The position numbers and the translations under genes are program-made. From the NCBI GenBank assembly GCA_030680085.1, contig JAUXWU010000012.1, positions 1 through 55,583 on the forward strand: 55,583 nt of DNA, read 5' to 3'. Shown here in pieces: positions 9,323-17,607 of the stretch. Origin of the DNA: Rhodocyclaceae bacterium (GTDB taxonomy: Bacteria; Pseudomonadota; Gammaproteobacteria; Burkholderiales; Rhodocyclaceae). The notes beneath the pieces are model-generated. The model searched no databases. It saw only the letters and a program-made list of their open reading frames with translations, and was not told the origin of the DNA. Position 1 is the first letter of the stretch; each line of letters starts with the position of its first letter.

Positions 9323-9779
9323 TCTGGCGCTCCCCGGCCGCAGCCTGGCCGTGGATGACTGCGTGCGGGAAGCGGCGACGCACTATGGCGTCGACGTGCG
9401 TCTGGTGCGGGCCATCCTGCGCGTCGAGGGCGGGCGCGTTGGCCTGCGCAAGGCGAATGCCAACGGCACTTACGATCTCGGACCCATGCAGATCAATACG
9501 CTTTGGCTGCCGCGCTTGCGCGCGCTGGGTGTTGATGAATCACGCCTGGTTTGGGATTACTGCGCCAATGTCGCCGTGGGCGCCTGGATACTGGCGCGGG
9601 AAATGAAGTCAGCCGATGCAGCGCCGAACACGCCTGAATTTTGGCAGTCGGTGGGCCGCTACCATTCGCGCACACCGCGCCACAACGCGCGTTATGCCGT
9701 CAATGTCTGGCATCATGCCATGCAGGCGGAAGCGCTTCGTGCGCAAGGTGCGCCACGGCTTGGCGCCGCCCCTGATTAA
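9279..9779 (+). CDS. Lytic transglycosylase (SLT, IagB/EtgA-like)
   Basis: AILRVEGG (catalytic Glu), NGTYDLGPMQIN, VGRYHS; signal-peptide-like N-terminus; start 9270 or 9279. Confidence 0.9.
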   Translation: MRCSASIFRIVFLASLALPGRSLAVDDCVREAATHYGVDVRLVRAILRVEGGRVGLRKANANGTYDLGPMQINTLWLPRLRALGVDESRLVWDYCANVAVGAWILAREMKSADAAPNTPEFWQSVGRYHSRTPRHNARYAVNVWHHAMQAEALRAQGAPRLGAAPD

Positions 9780-9803
9780 CGTGAAATACGAAATTTAGCG
9801 CCG

Positions 9804-9825
9804 AGTCGGCGCTGGCAGGACGGCG
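9804..9825 (+). repeat. Dispersed motif copy 2, intergenic after the SLT gene
   Basis: agtcggcgctggcaggacggcg; preceded by agcgccga, giving a short inverted repeat. Confidence 0.85.
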
Positions 9826-9826
9826 C

Positions 9827-9858
9827 AAAAAAAAAGCCCCGGCCGAAGGTCGGGGCTT
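9827..9858 (-). terminator. Rho-independent terminator of the phasin gene, possibly bidirectional
   Basis: A9 run next to hairpin aagccccggcc-gaa-ggtcggggctt. Confidence 0.85.
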
Positions 9859-9923
9859 AAACGGTTCCATTGCGGAACCGGAGGAGGAGACGTAATACTG
9901 TAACGGCTAATCAGGCGGCCGAA

Positions 9924-10484
9924 TTAAGCAGCCTTCTTCATCTTCGGAGCGGCGGCACCCACGGCCCTGACGGTGGCGGAGGTGGCGGCGGCGACGTTCG
10001 CTTCGGTCATCTCGGCAACCTGCTTGGCGGCCTTGTTCATGGTTTCGTAAGCGGAGTTGGCGGCGGCGATGGCCGACTTGACAGCGGCGACAGCGACGTC
10101 GGAACCGGCGGGCGCGCCCTTGACGACATTGTCCAGCGCGGAAGTGACATTCTTGTTCATCTCGACATACTGGCTGTCGAAAATCTTCGAGAACTCGCCC
10201 TGGGACTGGGTGGCGATTTCATAGACGCTCTTCGAGTAGGCAACGGCTTTTTCAAACATCGGCTGGGCCAGGGCGGATTGCATGCCCATCAGGTCCTGCC
10301 CGTCACGCACGGCCATCATCGACTTGGCGTTGTTCACGCTGTCTTCGAGCAGCATGCGGGCGGCGTTGAGGTTCAGGGCGGCGAGGCGCTCGGCGCTGGC
10401 AAACGCGGTGTTGGCGATGGTCAACAGGGTTTCGACGTTGGCTTTGCTGGCGCCGACGAGTTGTTCGGGGGTCGTGTTGTACAT
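9924..10484 (-). CDS. phaP: Phasin (PHA granule-associated protein)
   Basis: MYNTTPEQL..AS KAN..., APAGSDVAVAAVKSAIAAANSAYE...AAKQ, typical of betaproteobacterial phasins. Confidence 0.92.
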   Translation of the reverse strand: MYNTTPEQLVGASKANVETLLTIANTAFASAERLAALNLNAARMLLEDSVNNAKSMMAVRDGQDLMGMQSALAQPMFEKAVAYSKSVYEIATQSQGEFSKIFDSQYVEMNKNVTSALDNVVKGAPAGSDVAVAAVKSAIAAANSAYETMNKAAKQVAEMTEANVAAATSATVRAVGAAAPKMKKAA

Positions 10485-10575
10485 GGCGATCTCCTAAAAT
10501 GAAAGTGTGTTGCAAATTACCGTTTGGCGACTCGGTCTGCACCTCTGGATGATCCAAGTCAGCTTCGATGCGCTA

Positions 10576-10650
10576 TGTTGCAGTGCATCATGAAACTGAT
10601 TATAGGGACGCAAAAGCCGAAGTCAAGTAATTTTTGTGCAGTGCAACAAA
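10576..10650. promoter_or_regulatory. Two probable PhaR operator boxes (TGCAGTGCA) upstream of phaP
   Basis: TGCAGTGCA at 10579-10587 and 10637-10645; TGC-N3-GCA pattern of PhaR sites. Confidence 0.65.
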
Positions 10651-10670
10651 AAACTTTCAAGGAGTCATTC

Positions 10671-11231
10671 TCAGCGGGGCGCGGCAGGGGTTGGGGCAGC
10701 GCCGGGTTTGTTCTTGGGCTGAATGACGGCGGTGACGCGCCCCTGCTCGCTGGCCGGGCTGGCACCGGGGGCGGCCGTCACGAAATATTGCTCGGTTTTG
10801 CCGTCGTATGAAATGTAGTGGCCGCGCACTTCATCCAGTCCGCTCTTGATGTAGGCGCGGGTGAAAAACTCGGCTTTTTCGCCGCGCGAATCGTATTCGA
10901 TGCGCTCGGACTCGCCATCGACATACTCATCCTTGCCCTCGCGTTTCTGGCGAAAGCGGGCCAGCCCTTTGTCGCCGCCGGTGGCAATGCCCTTCTGGAA
11001 TCCTTCGGCATCCTGGGTGACTACCAGCCTCGCGGCGCGGATGACCAGCGTGCCATGGGTCAGAATGACGCTGCCCTCGAACACATGCACGCGTTTGACA
11101 TCATCGACGGTGACCTTCGCCGCTTCGAGATGGACGGGTTTTTCCTTGTCGGCGCGTTCGGCAAAAGCGCTGCCGGAGGCGAGGGCGACGCAGGCGATCA
11201 GGAAGAGCAATGGGTGCGCGGAGGGGGTCAT
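10671..11231 (-). CDS. lptA: LPS transport periplasmic protein LptA
   Basis: Signal peptide then AERADKEKPVHLEA, FRQKREG; synteny with lptC-kdsC-kdsD. Confidence 0.92.
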   Translation of the reverse strand: MTPSAHPLLFLIACVALASGSAFAERADKEKPVHLEAAKVTVDDVKRVHVFEGSVILTHGTLVIRAARLVVTQDAEGFQKGIATGGDKGLARFRQKREGKDEYVDGESERIEYDSRGEKAEFFTRAYIKSGLDEVRGHYISYDGKTEQYFVTAAPGASPASEQGRVTAVIQPKNKPGAAPTPAAPR

Positions 11232-11232
11232 G

Positions 11233-11874
11233 TCAGCGTTTCGGTTGGGGCTGCGGTTTGGGCTTGGGCTTGGCAATCGCCACGGCTGGCGCTCGTCCGG
11301 CCACGCGATCGAATATGCCATAAACGGGCCCCTCAAGGACGTAAATGGACGTTTTGTTATTGGCGGAAAGTCCGCCGCCGCTGATGTTGGAGCGTCCCTG
11401 CACGATGGTGACCGGCAGGGGGCTGGTGGCGAGTTCGTCGTCGGGGAAGACGTCAAGATGCGCGGTGGCCAGCACGGTTGCGGGCCTGTCGCCCAGGCCA
11501 CCGCGCGTTACCCGCACATCGCCGATCAATTGCACATGTTTGCCTGCGCTGTCGAGGCGGGCCTCGCGGGCGGTGAGGAGGGTGGGGGTTTGCCGGTGCC
11601 AGGTGAGTTGTGGCGACTGGATGACGGTGCTGTCGTCATCGGGATAGTGGTGCATGCTGGCCGCGTGCAAGGTGTGTTGTAACGCGCCCTCGGGATCGAA
11701 GCGGCGCACGGTGAGGTTTTCGATGATGTAATCCGGATCGTGCCGCGATTTGCCGTCGCTGGTTGCGGCGGGCGGGCGCGCGGCCTGTTCGAGCCAAAAG
11801 GTCATGCCGGCCAGGAGGCCGACAATGACCAGGGGGAACAGTGTGGCGGCGGGGTTGCGAGCGTGGGAAGACAT
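11233..11874 (-). CDS. lptC: LPS export protein LptC
   Basis: TM helix, HDPDYII, HYPDDDST; TAATG overlap with the kdsC stop. Confidence 0.9.
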   Translation of the reverse strand: MSSHARNPAATLFPLVIVGLLAGMTFWLEQAARPPAATSDGKSRHDPDYIIENLTVRRFDPEGALQHTLHAASMHHYPDDDSTVIQSPQLTWHRQTPTLLTAREARLDSAGKHVQLIGDVRVTRGGLGDRPATVLATAHLDVFPDDELATSPLPVTIVQGRSNISGGGLSANNKTSIYVLEGPVYGIFDRVAGRAPAVAIAKPKPKPQPQPKR

Positions 11875-12395
11875 TAGTCCAGATACGGCGCCATGACGCG
11901 CTCCCAGTTGCCCTGGGCGCGCAGGATCATTTCGCAGACTTCGCGGACCGCGCCGGCGCCGGCTGGCGCGCGCGCGACATAGTCGGCGTGTTGCCGAACC
12001 AGCGCGTGAGCATCCGGCACGCAGGCGGCAAAGCCGCAGGCGCGCAGGAGCGGCAGGTCGATCAGATCGTCGCCCATGTAGCCGCACTGGGCGAAATCCA
12101 GATTTTCGCGCGCCAGCAGTTCGGCCATGGCTTGCCGTTTATTCTCGACACCCTGCCGCACCAGTTCGATGCCCAGATTGGCGGCGCGCCGCGTGACGAT
12201 GGGCGAATCGCGGCCGGTGATGATGGCGATTTTTACGCCCGACCTGGCCAGCAGCTTTAGCCCGAGCCCGTCGCGGCTGAAAAAAGCCTTGCAGAAATCT
12301 CCCTCCGGGCCGAAATACAGCCGACCGTCGGTCATCACGCCATCGACGTCGAAGCCCATCAGGCGGATATTTGCTGCTTGCTCCAGATAGTTCAT
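11874..12395 (-). CDS. kdsC: KDO 8-phosphate phosphatase (HAD)
   Basis: FDVDGVMTDG, AIITGR, GDDLID, GAVREVCE; likely start ATG 12395. Confidence 0.93.
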   Translation of the reverse strand: MNYLEQAANIRLMGFDVDGVMTDGRLYFGPEGDFCKAFFSRDGLGLKLLARSGVKIAIITGRDSPIVTRRAANLGIELVRQGVENKRQAMAELLARENLDFAQCGYMGDDLIDLPLLRACGFAACVPDAHALVRQHADYVARAPAGAGAVREVCEMILRAQGNWERVMAPYLD

Positions 12396-12399
12396 ATCG

Positions 12400-12498
12400 C
12401 CGCCGGGCCGCCCCAAGGCGATATGCGCGGCTTGCCCCCTCTGGGGGTGGGGGGCAGCGAGCCGAATTGTTGGCAAATGAGGCGAGCGTGGGGGGCCA
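12400..12498. repeat. ~100-bp GC-rich intergenic repeat element between kdsD and kdsC
   Basis: ccgccgggccgccccaagg...gccccctctggggg..ggggcagcga...gcgagcgtgggggg; 19-bp end matches 51370-51388 exactly in reverse complement. Confidence 0.7.
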
Positions 12499-12502
12499 TT
12501 TT

Positions 12503-13486
12503 TCACACCACCTTGGCGCGAAAAAGATCGTGCATGTTGAGGGCGCCCTGGAGTTGTCCGGTGGCGTCGGTGACCAGCAACTGGTTCAGCTTGAGGCGTT
12601 CCATCATCTCGACGGCCTCGACGGCGAGGCGGTCGAGGCCGATGACGCGCGGGTTGCGGCTCATGATTTCGCCTACCTTGATCTGGCGCAGATCACCCAA
12701 TTTTTCCAGCGCCCGGCGCAGGTCGCCATCGGTAAAGATGCCGGCCAGATCGCCGTTTGCGCCGAGCACGGCAACCATGCCCATGCCGCCCTGCGAGATG
12801 GCTTTGAGCGCGGTGGGTATGTCAGTGGATTCCTCGACCACCGCAACACGCGCGGTGGGTTGCATCACGTCGCGGACGTGGGTCAGGAGCTTGCGACCCA
12901 GTGCGCCGCCGGGGTGAGAGCGGGCAAAATCGGTGGCCGAAAAGCCGCGCGCGTCGAGCAGGGCGACCGCCAGCGCATCGCCCAGCGCCAGCGCCGCCGT
13001 CGTGCTGGCGGTGGGCGCGAGGTTGAGCGGGCAGGCTTCCTCGTCGACGTGGGCGTCAAGGTGAATGTCGGCCTCCCGCGCCAGCGACGAGGCCGGGTTG
13101 CCGGTCATCGCGATCAGATGACCGCCTTGGCGCTTCACCAGCGGCACGATGGTCAATAATTCGTTGTTTTCGCCGGAATTCGAGAGCGCGATCAGCACGT
13201 CGTCATGGGTAATCATGCCCAGGTCGCCATGCACGGCCTCGGCGGCATGGACGAAATAAGCCGGGGTGCCCGTGCTGGCCATGGTGGCGGCGATCTTGCG
13301 CGCGATATGGCCCGACTTGCCGATGCCACTGACGATGACGCGGCCGCGGCTGGCGAGAATCAGGGCCACCGCGGCGGCGAAAGATTCGGTGAGGCGCGCG
13401 GAGATTTTCAGCACGGCGTCCGCCTCGATGGCGAGTACCTGGCGGGCCAGGGCGATGGCGCGTTCTGCGGCGGGAGAGGTGGTCAT
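12503..13486 (-). CDS. kdsD: Arabinose-5-phosphate isomerase (KdsD/KpsF, SIS + CBS domains)
   Basis: GIGKSGHIA, EAVHGDLG, EACPLNLAPTASTT, HPGGALG. Confidence 0.95.
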   Translation of the reverse strand: MTTSPAAERAIALARQVLAIEADAVLKISARLTESFAAAVALILASRGRVIVSGIGKSGHIARKIAATMASTGTPAYFVHAAEAVHGDLGMITHDDVLIALSNSGENNELLTIVPLVKRQGGHLIAMTGNPASSLAREADIHLDAHVDEEACPLNLAPTASTTAALALGDALAVALLDARGFSATDFARSHPGGALGRKLLTHVRDVMQPTARVAVVEESTDIPTALKAISQGGMGMVAVLGANGDLAGIFTDGDLRRALEKLGDLRQIKVGEIMSRNPRVIGLDRLAVEAVEMMERLKLNQLLVTDATGQLQGALNMHDLFRAKVV

Positions 13487-13535
13487 TGGGCGGGGCGGTT
13501 ATGATTGAGGCAAATTATAGCCAGACTGACAAACC

Positions 13536-15500
13536 ATGTCCCTTTACCTGATCCTGCTGCTGCTGGGCGCCGCCGTTCTGGCGGTGGCGGTTTGTCGCAG
13601 TATGAATCTGCCGCCCATCCTTGGCTATCTGCTGGTCGGCGCGCTGGCCGGGCCGCACGCCTTTGCCATGCTGCCCGACATCGAGAGCGCGCACCGGCTG
13701 GCGGAATTCGGCGTGGTGTTTTTGATGTTCACCATCGGCCTGGAATTTTCGCTGCCGCGACTGTTCGCCATGCAGCGCATCGTCTTTGGCCTCGGCCTGG
13801 CGCAGGTGCTGCTGACCTTCGTGGCGGTGGCGGCGGGCGCCCTGCTCTGGGGCGTGCCGTGGCAGGCCAGCGTGGCGCTGGGGGGCGCAATCGCCATGTC
13901 ATCGACGGCGATTCTTTCCAAGCTGCTCGCCGAACGCCGCGAACTCGATGCCGCGCACGGCCGCGAAGTCATGGGCGTGCTGCTGTTCCAGGATCTCGCC
14001 GTGGTGCCGCTGCTGGTGCTGATTCCGGCGCTGACGCAACCGGTCGAGGTGCTGGCCGGCGCGCTGGGCTGGGCGCTGCTGAAGGCTGTCGTCTTGCTGG
14101 CGCTGGTGCTGTTCTTCGGCCAGCGTTTGATGCATGCCTGGTTCGGGCTGGTGGCGCGCCGCAAATCGAGCGAACTGTTCATGCTCAACGTGTTGCTGGT
14201 GACGCTCGGCTTTGCCACCATCACCGAACTGGCCGGCCTGTCGCCGGCGCTCGGCGCCTTTGTCGCGGGCATGCTGATTTCGGAAACCGAATACCGTTAT
14301 CAGGTCGAAGAGGACATCAAGCCCTTCCGCGATGTGCTGCTCGGCCTGTTCTTCATCTCCACCGGCATGCTGCTCGACCCGGCGGCGATCTGGCGCGACC
14401 TGGCCGGCGTGTTGGCGCTTTTGGTGCTGTTGCTGGTTGGCAAGCTGGCGGTGGTCGGCGGCGTCTCGCGGTTGATGGGATCGAGCGCGGGCACGGCGCT
14501 GCGTTCGGCCCTGTGGCTGTGCGCGGCGGGCGAATTCGGTCTCGTGCTGCTGGTGCTCGCCACCAACAACAGCTTGGTCGACCGCGCGCTGGTGCAGCCG
14601 CTGCTGGCGGCGATGGTGCTGTCGATGATGATCGCGCCGCTGCTCGTTGTCTATGCTGACCGCATCGTGCTGCGCCTGGTCGCCGCGGAATGGATGCTGC
14701 GCTCGATGCAGATCACCCGGATCGCCGCGCACACCGTGGCGGCCGAAAAACACGCCATCCTCTGCGGCTATGGCAAGACCGGCCAGCACCTGGCGCGCTT
14801 TCTGGAGGCCGAGCAGATCGGCTTCATGGCGCTCGATCTCGATCCCGACCGGGTGCGCGAGGCGGCCAACGCCGGTGAACCGGTCGCCTGGGGCGATTGC
14901 ACGCGGCGGGAAAATCTGCTGGCGGCGGGCATCGCGCGCGCCCGGGTTTTGATCGTGACCTTCGCCGACATCGAGACGACGCTGCGGCTCGTGCAGCGCG
15001 TGCGCGAGCTGCGTCCTGATCTGCCCATCGTCGCCCGCTCGCGCGAGGAAGACGATGCCGAAAAGCTCTTCGAGGCCGGCGTGGCGGAGGTCGTGCCCGA
15101 GGCGCTCGAATCCTCGGTGATGCTCGCCACCCACGCCCTGGCGCTGGTCGGCGTGCCGATGCACCGCGTCATCCGCCGCCTGCGCGAATTGCGCGAGCAG
15201 CACTATGCGCTGCTGCGTGGCTTCTTCCATGGAGCGACGGATACCGGCGCGCATCTGTCCGATGCCGAGCAAACCCGCCTGCACGCCGTCACCCTAGACA
15301 CTGGCGCCTGGGCGGTCGGTCGCAGCCTGGATGAAATTGCGCTGGCAAAAGTCGGCGCTGGCGTGACGGCGGTAAGAAGGCGGTCGCAGCCCAAAGTGCC
15401 AGTCGCGGGCGAAATACGGTTGCAAGCGTATGACGTGGTGGTCTTGCAGGGTGGGGCGACGGCGGTGGCGGCGGGGGAGGAGCGGTTGTTGCGGGGTTGA
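13536..15500 (+). CDS. CPA2-family Kef-type K+/H+ antiporter with TrkA_N and TrkA_C domains
   Basis: GVVFLMFTIGLEFS, MSSTA, LLFQD, LGAFVAG, CGYGKTG. Confidence 0.92.
   Translation: MSLYLILLLLGAAVLAVAVCRSMNLPPILGYLLVGALAGPHAFAMLPDIESAHRLAEFGVVFLMFTIGLEFSLPRLFAMQRIVFGLGLAQVLLTFVAVAAGALLWGVPWQASVALGGAIAMSSTAILSKLLAERRELDAAHGREVMGVLLFQDLAVVPLLVLIPALTQPVEVLAGALGWALLKAVVLLALVLFFGQRLMHAWFGLVARRKSSELFMLNVLLVTLGFATITELAGLSPALGAFVAGMLISETEYRYQVEEDIKPFRDVLLGLFFISTGMLLDPAAIWRDLAGVLALLVLLLVGKLAVVGGVSRLMGSSAGTALRSALWLCAAGEFGLVLLVLATNNSLVDRALVQPLLAAMVLSMMIAPLLVVYADRIVLRLVAAEWMLRSMQITRIAAHTVAAEKHAILCGYGKTGQHLARFLEAEQIGFMALDLDPDRVREAANAGEPVAWGDCTRRENLLAAGIARARVLIVTFADIETTLRLVQRVRELRPDLPIVARSREEDDAEKLFEAGVAEVVPEALESSVMLATHALALVGVPMHRVIRRLRELREQHYALLRGFFHGATDTGAHLSDAEQTRLHAVTLDTGAWAVGRSLDEIALAKVGAGVTAVRRRSQPKVPVAGEIRLQAYDVVVLQGGATAVAAGEERLLRG
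15347..15372 (+). repeat. Dispersed motif copy 3, in the antiporter gene, read as KVGAGVTA
   Basis: aaaagtcggcgctggcgtgacggcgg. Confidence 0.9.
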
Positions 15501-15622
15501 ATTCCTTCAAAAGCCGCTTTACGTAAACAATGCTGGAAATGGTGTGGCAATGTTTGTGTAACAGAATGAATAAATGATATATTCCTTCAATAATAAAAAA
15601 TGTAGCTACTGAAGGAATTCAA
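15497..15622. promoter_or_regulatory. AT-rich intergenic region bounded by a 13-bp inverted repeat, with an internal third half-site
   Basis: ttgaattccttca 15497-15509 / tgaaggaattcaa 15610-15622; attccttcaa again at 15581-15590. Confidence 0.6.
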
Positions 15623-16614
15623 TGACGCCAATCAGTCACAACCAGCGCTTGGCCTGGGTGAACTCCAGCCAGCTTTGCGAGGCATGGCGGGACGCGACTG
15701 AAAGCTGGCGCGGTTATCGTTACGGGCTGCGTTGGAAGCGGGTTAACGGCGTCGACAAGCTCTTCCGCCAGGCGGATCGACTGGGCAACGGCAGGGTAAT
15801 TGGGCCGCGCGACGAGAGCAGCGAGCAGCTACTGGCGGAGTTTCAGCAAGGCAAGCTGCGCGCCAGGGCGCGCCTGGAGAGCTTGAGGGAGAAACTTGCC
15901 GAGCAGGCGCGCATGAATGTCGCCTTGCGGCTTGCTCGGGCGCCGACATTGGTGGGGCGGGTTTGCCGCGTGCTTGACGAGGCCGGTTTGCGCAAGGATT
16001 TTCTCGTTATCGGCACGCAAGCGATGTTCGCTTACGAAGCGGCGGCCGGCGCGTTTTTTCTCACGGAACTGCTGGCATCTGGCGATATCGACCTGCTTTT
16101 CGATGCGCGGCGGAAAGTAACCCTGGTGGCGCGAAAAGTTGATCGTTCCGGACTGCTGGGGTTGTTGCGCAAGGCGGATCGCTCGTTTACGGTGCCACAC
16201 AAGGGTTTTTTTCGCGCGGTCAATGACGAGGGTTTCATGGTCGACCTGGTCATTCCGCGTCGGCCCATGACGGAGTCGGCCGCGATCAGCTTCGGTGAGG
16301 ACGATCTGGTGGCCGCCGAAGTGCCCGGTCTGCAGTGGCTGATCAATTCGCCGCATATTGCGGAAACCGTGATCGATGCGAAGGGAATGCCTTTCGTCAT
16401 GCGCGTCCCCGACCCGCGCGCCTTCGCCCTGCACAAGGCGTGGCTTTCGCAACAACCGGAGCGCAACCGCATCAAGCAACCGCGTGACCTCGATCAGGCG
16501 CGCGCCGTTGCGGCAGCCCTGCGGGAACACATGCCCCAGTATCCGCTCGACATGAACAAGCTGCGCGCCCTGCATGGCGATGTGCGCCGGGCGGTGGATT
16601 TGCTGGTCGATTAA
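15622..16614 (+). CDS. GSU2403-like nucleotidyltransferase-fold protein
   Basis: VIGTQAMFAYE, SGDIDLLFD, GFMVDL, PDPRAFALHKAWLS, KQPRD. Confidence 0.75.
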   Translation: MTPISHNQRLAWVNSSQLCEAWRDATESWRGYRYGLRWKRVNGVDKLFRQADRLGNGRVIGPRDESSEQLLAEFQQGKLRARARLESLREKLAEQARMNVALRLARAPTLVGRVCRVLDEAGLRKDFLVIGTQAMFAYEAAAGAFFLTELLASGDIDLLFDARRKVTLVARKVDRSGLLGLLRKADRSFTVPHKGFFRAVNDEGFMVDLVIPRRPMTESAAISFGEDDLVAAEVPGLQWLINSPHIAETVIDAKGMPFVMRVPDPRAFALHKAWLSQQPERNRIKQPRDLDQARAVAAALREHMPQYPLDMNKLRALHGDVRRAVDLLVD

Positions 16615-16615
16615 G

Positions 16616-16639
16616 AAAGTCGGCGCTGGCGGGACGGCG
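16616..16639 (+). repeat. Dispersed motif copy 4, 1 bp after the nucleotidyltransferase stop
   Basis: aaagtcggcgctggcgggacggcg. Confidence 0.92.
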
Positions 16640-16654
16640 ACTGAAAGCGCAAAA

Positions 16655-16682
16655 GACAAAGCCCGCCGAAGCGGGCTTTGTC
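16655..16682. terminator. Terminator hairpin between convergent genes
   Basis: gacaaagcccgc-cgaa-gcgggctttgtc, preceded by AAAA (U tract on the minus strand). Confidence 0.8.
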
Positions 16683-16700
16683 CTGTCGCAAATTGTCGGG

Positions 16701-17357
16701 TTATATGTTCTTGCAGAGGACGTAAAGATTGGTGCCAGTATCCGCGTAGTTAGCACCAGGGATGGCTGTGGTAACCGCTGTGGGGGGGGTTGTTTCAAGC
16801 AGGGCCCTTACATTCCCCGTCGTTGCATTCCCGTCATCCAGTTGTGAGTCAAGCGCTTGGGCAACTTTTGCGGGCAAGTTTCCCGTGCAGACAATAGTCC
16901 CGGCAAGCCCAAGTCCGTTGCTTTGAACGCCGACGATACCCCCTGCTGCGTTGAGCGGTTGCGTAGAACCCTCGGCAACCGAGGCCGTACTGCCGGCCAC
17001 AAAACCAGAGAGCCGCAATGCCAGCCAGAATTTTCTGTTTTCGGTTGTGTTGTCCGTTGATTGATAGTCTTGCCCAGCAGTTCCGATGACATTATTGCCA
17101 TCGCCTGACTGTGCGGCTGTCAAAGCGGCCCCTGCCACTGTCCATCTGGTCATCCCGGGGTCGTCGCCGGGCAGTCGCTTGTAACGGTCCTGATACCCAT
17201 AAATGGCAACAGTCACTCCATTCAGGTCGTTCGCCACATTCTTGATCTTCGCCTGAGTGATCAACTCCTGCCCCTTCAACACCCCACCCAGCAGCAGGCC
17301 GATGATGACCAGCACGATGGCGATTTCGACGAGGGTGAAACCGGATTGTTTGTTCAT
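16701..17357 (-). CDS. Probable major pilin of cluster 2 (218 aa prepilin)
   Basis: MNKQSG|FTLVEIAIVLVIIGLLLGGVLKG, LPGD, LDSQLDDG, C-terminal Cys pair; visibly lower GC; ATG 17357 after GGAG. Confidence 0.9.
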   Translation of the reverse strand: MNKQSGFTLVEIAIVLVIIGLLLGGVLKGQELITQAKIKNVANDLNGVTVAIYGYQDRYKRLPGDDPGMTRWTVAGAALTAAQSGDGNNVIGTAGQDYQSTDNTTENRKFWLALRLSGFVAGSTASVAEGSTQPLNAAGGIVGVQSNGLGLAGTIVCTGNLPAKVAQALDSQLDDGNATTGNVRALLETTPPTAVTTAIPGANYADTGTNLYVLCKNI

Positions 17358-17396
17358 TTTAGTACTCCATATAAAGACATATTCATGAAATTGTAG

Positions 17397-17412
17397 AGCA
17401 TTATTCGTGCCA
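17397..17412 (-). promoter_or_regulatory. Sigma54 (-24/-12) promoter of the pilin gene
   Basis: Minus strand TGGCACGAATAATGCT: GG-N10-GC. Confidence 0.8.
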
Positions 17413-17515
17413 CTCATGTTCTACGCGGTTATTCCGCCCGGAAAGCCGGAGCCTTGCTGAATTGGGCGGTCTATTCCGGGTTAATTGTCGATTTGACGGA
17501 TTCGCGCGGGCAGGT

Positions 17516-17574
17516 TGTCGGCAACTGATCATATCGAGCTGTCGAAAAATGGACAGTCTGTCGTGTTTTCATCA
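17516..17574. promoter_or_regulatory. Three candidate enhancer sites for a sigma54 activator
   Basis: TGTCG-N8-(A/T)CA at 17516-17531, 17540-17555 (perfect TGT-N10-ACA) and 17559-17574, about 105-160 bp upstream of the -24 element. Confidence 0.55.
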
Positions 17575-17607
17575 GGACTACGTTTCATCCTAGAATCCAG
17601 GCGAACC

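Noticed and set aside
9870-10502. Long antisense ORFs (also 7706-9298, 13899-15284, 37656-39149, 40266-41471, 54109-55296)
   Set aside because: Shadow frames of well-supported genes in GC-rich DNA, with no recognisable motifs.
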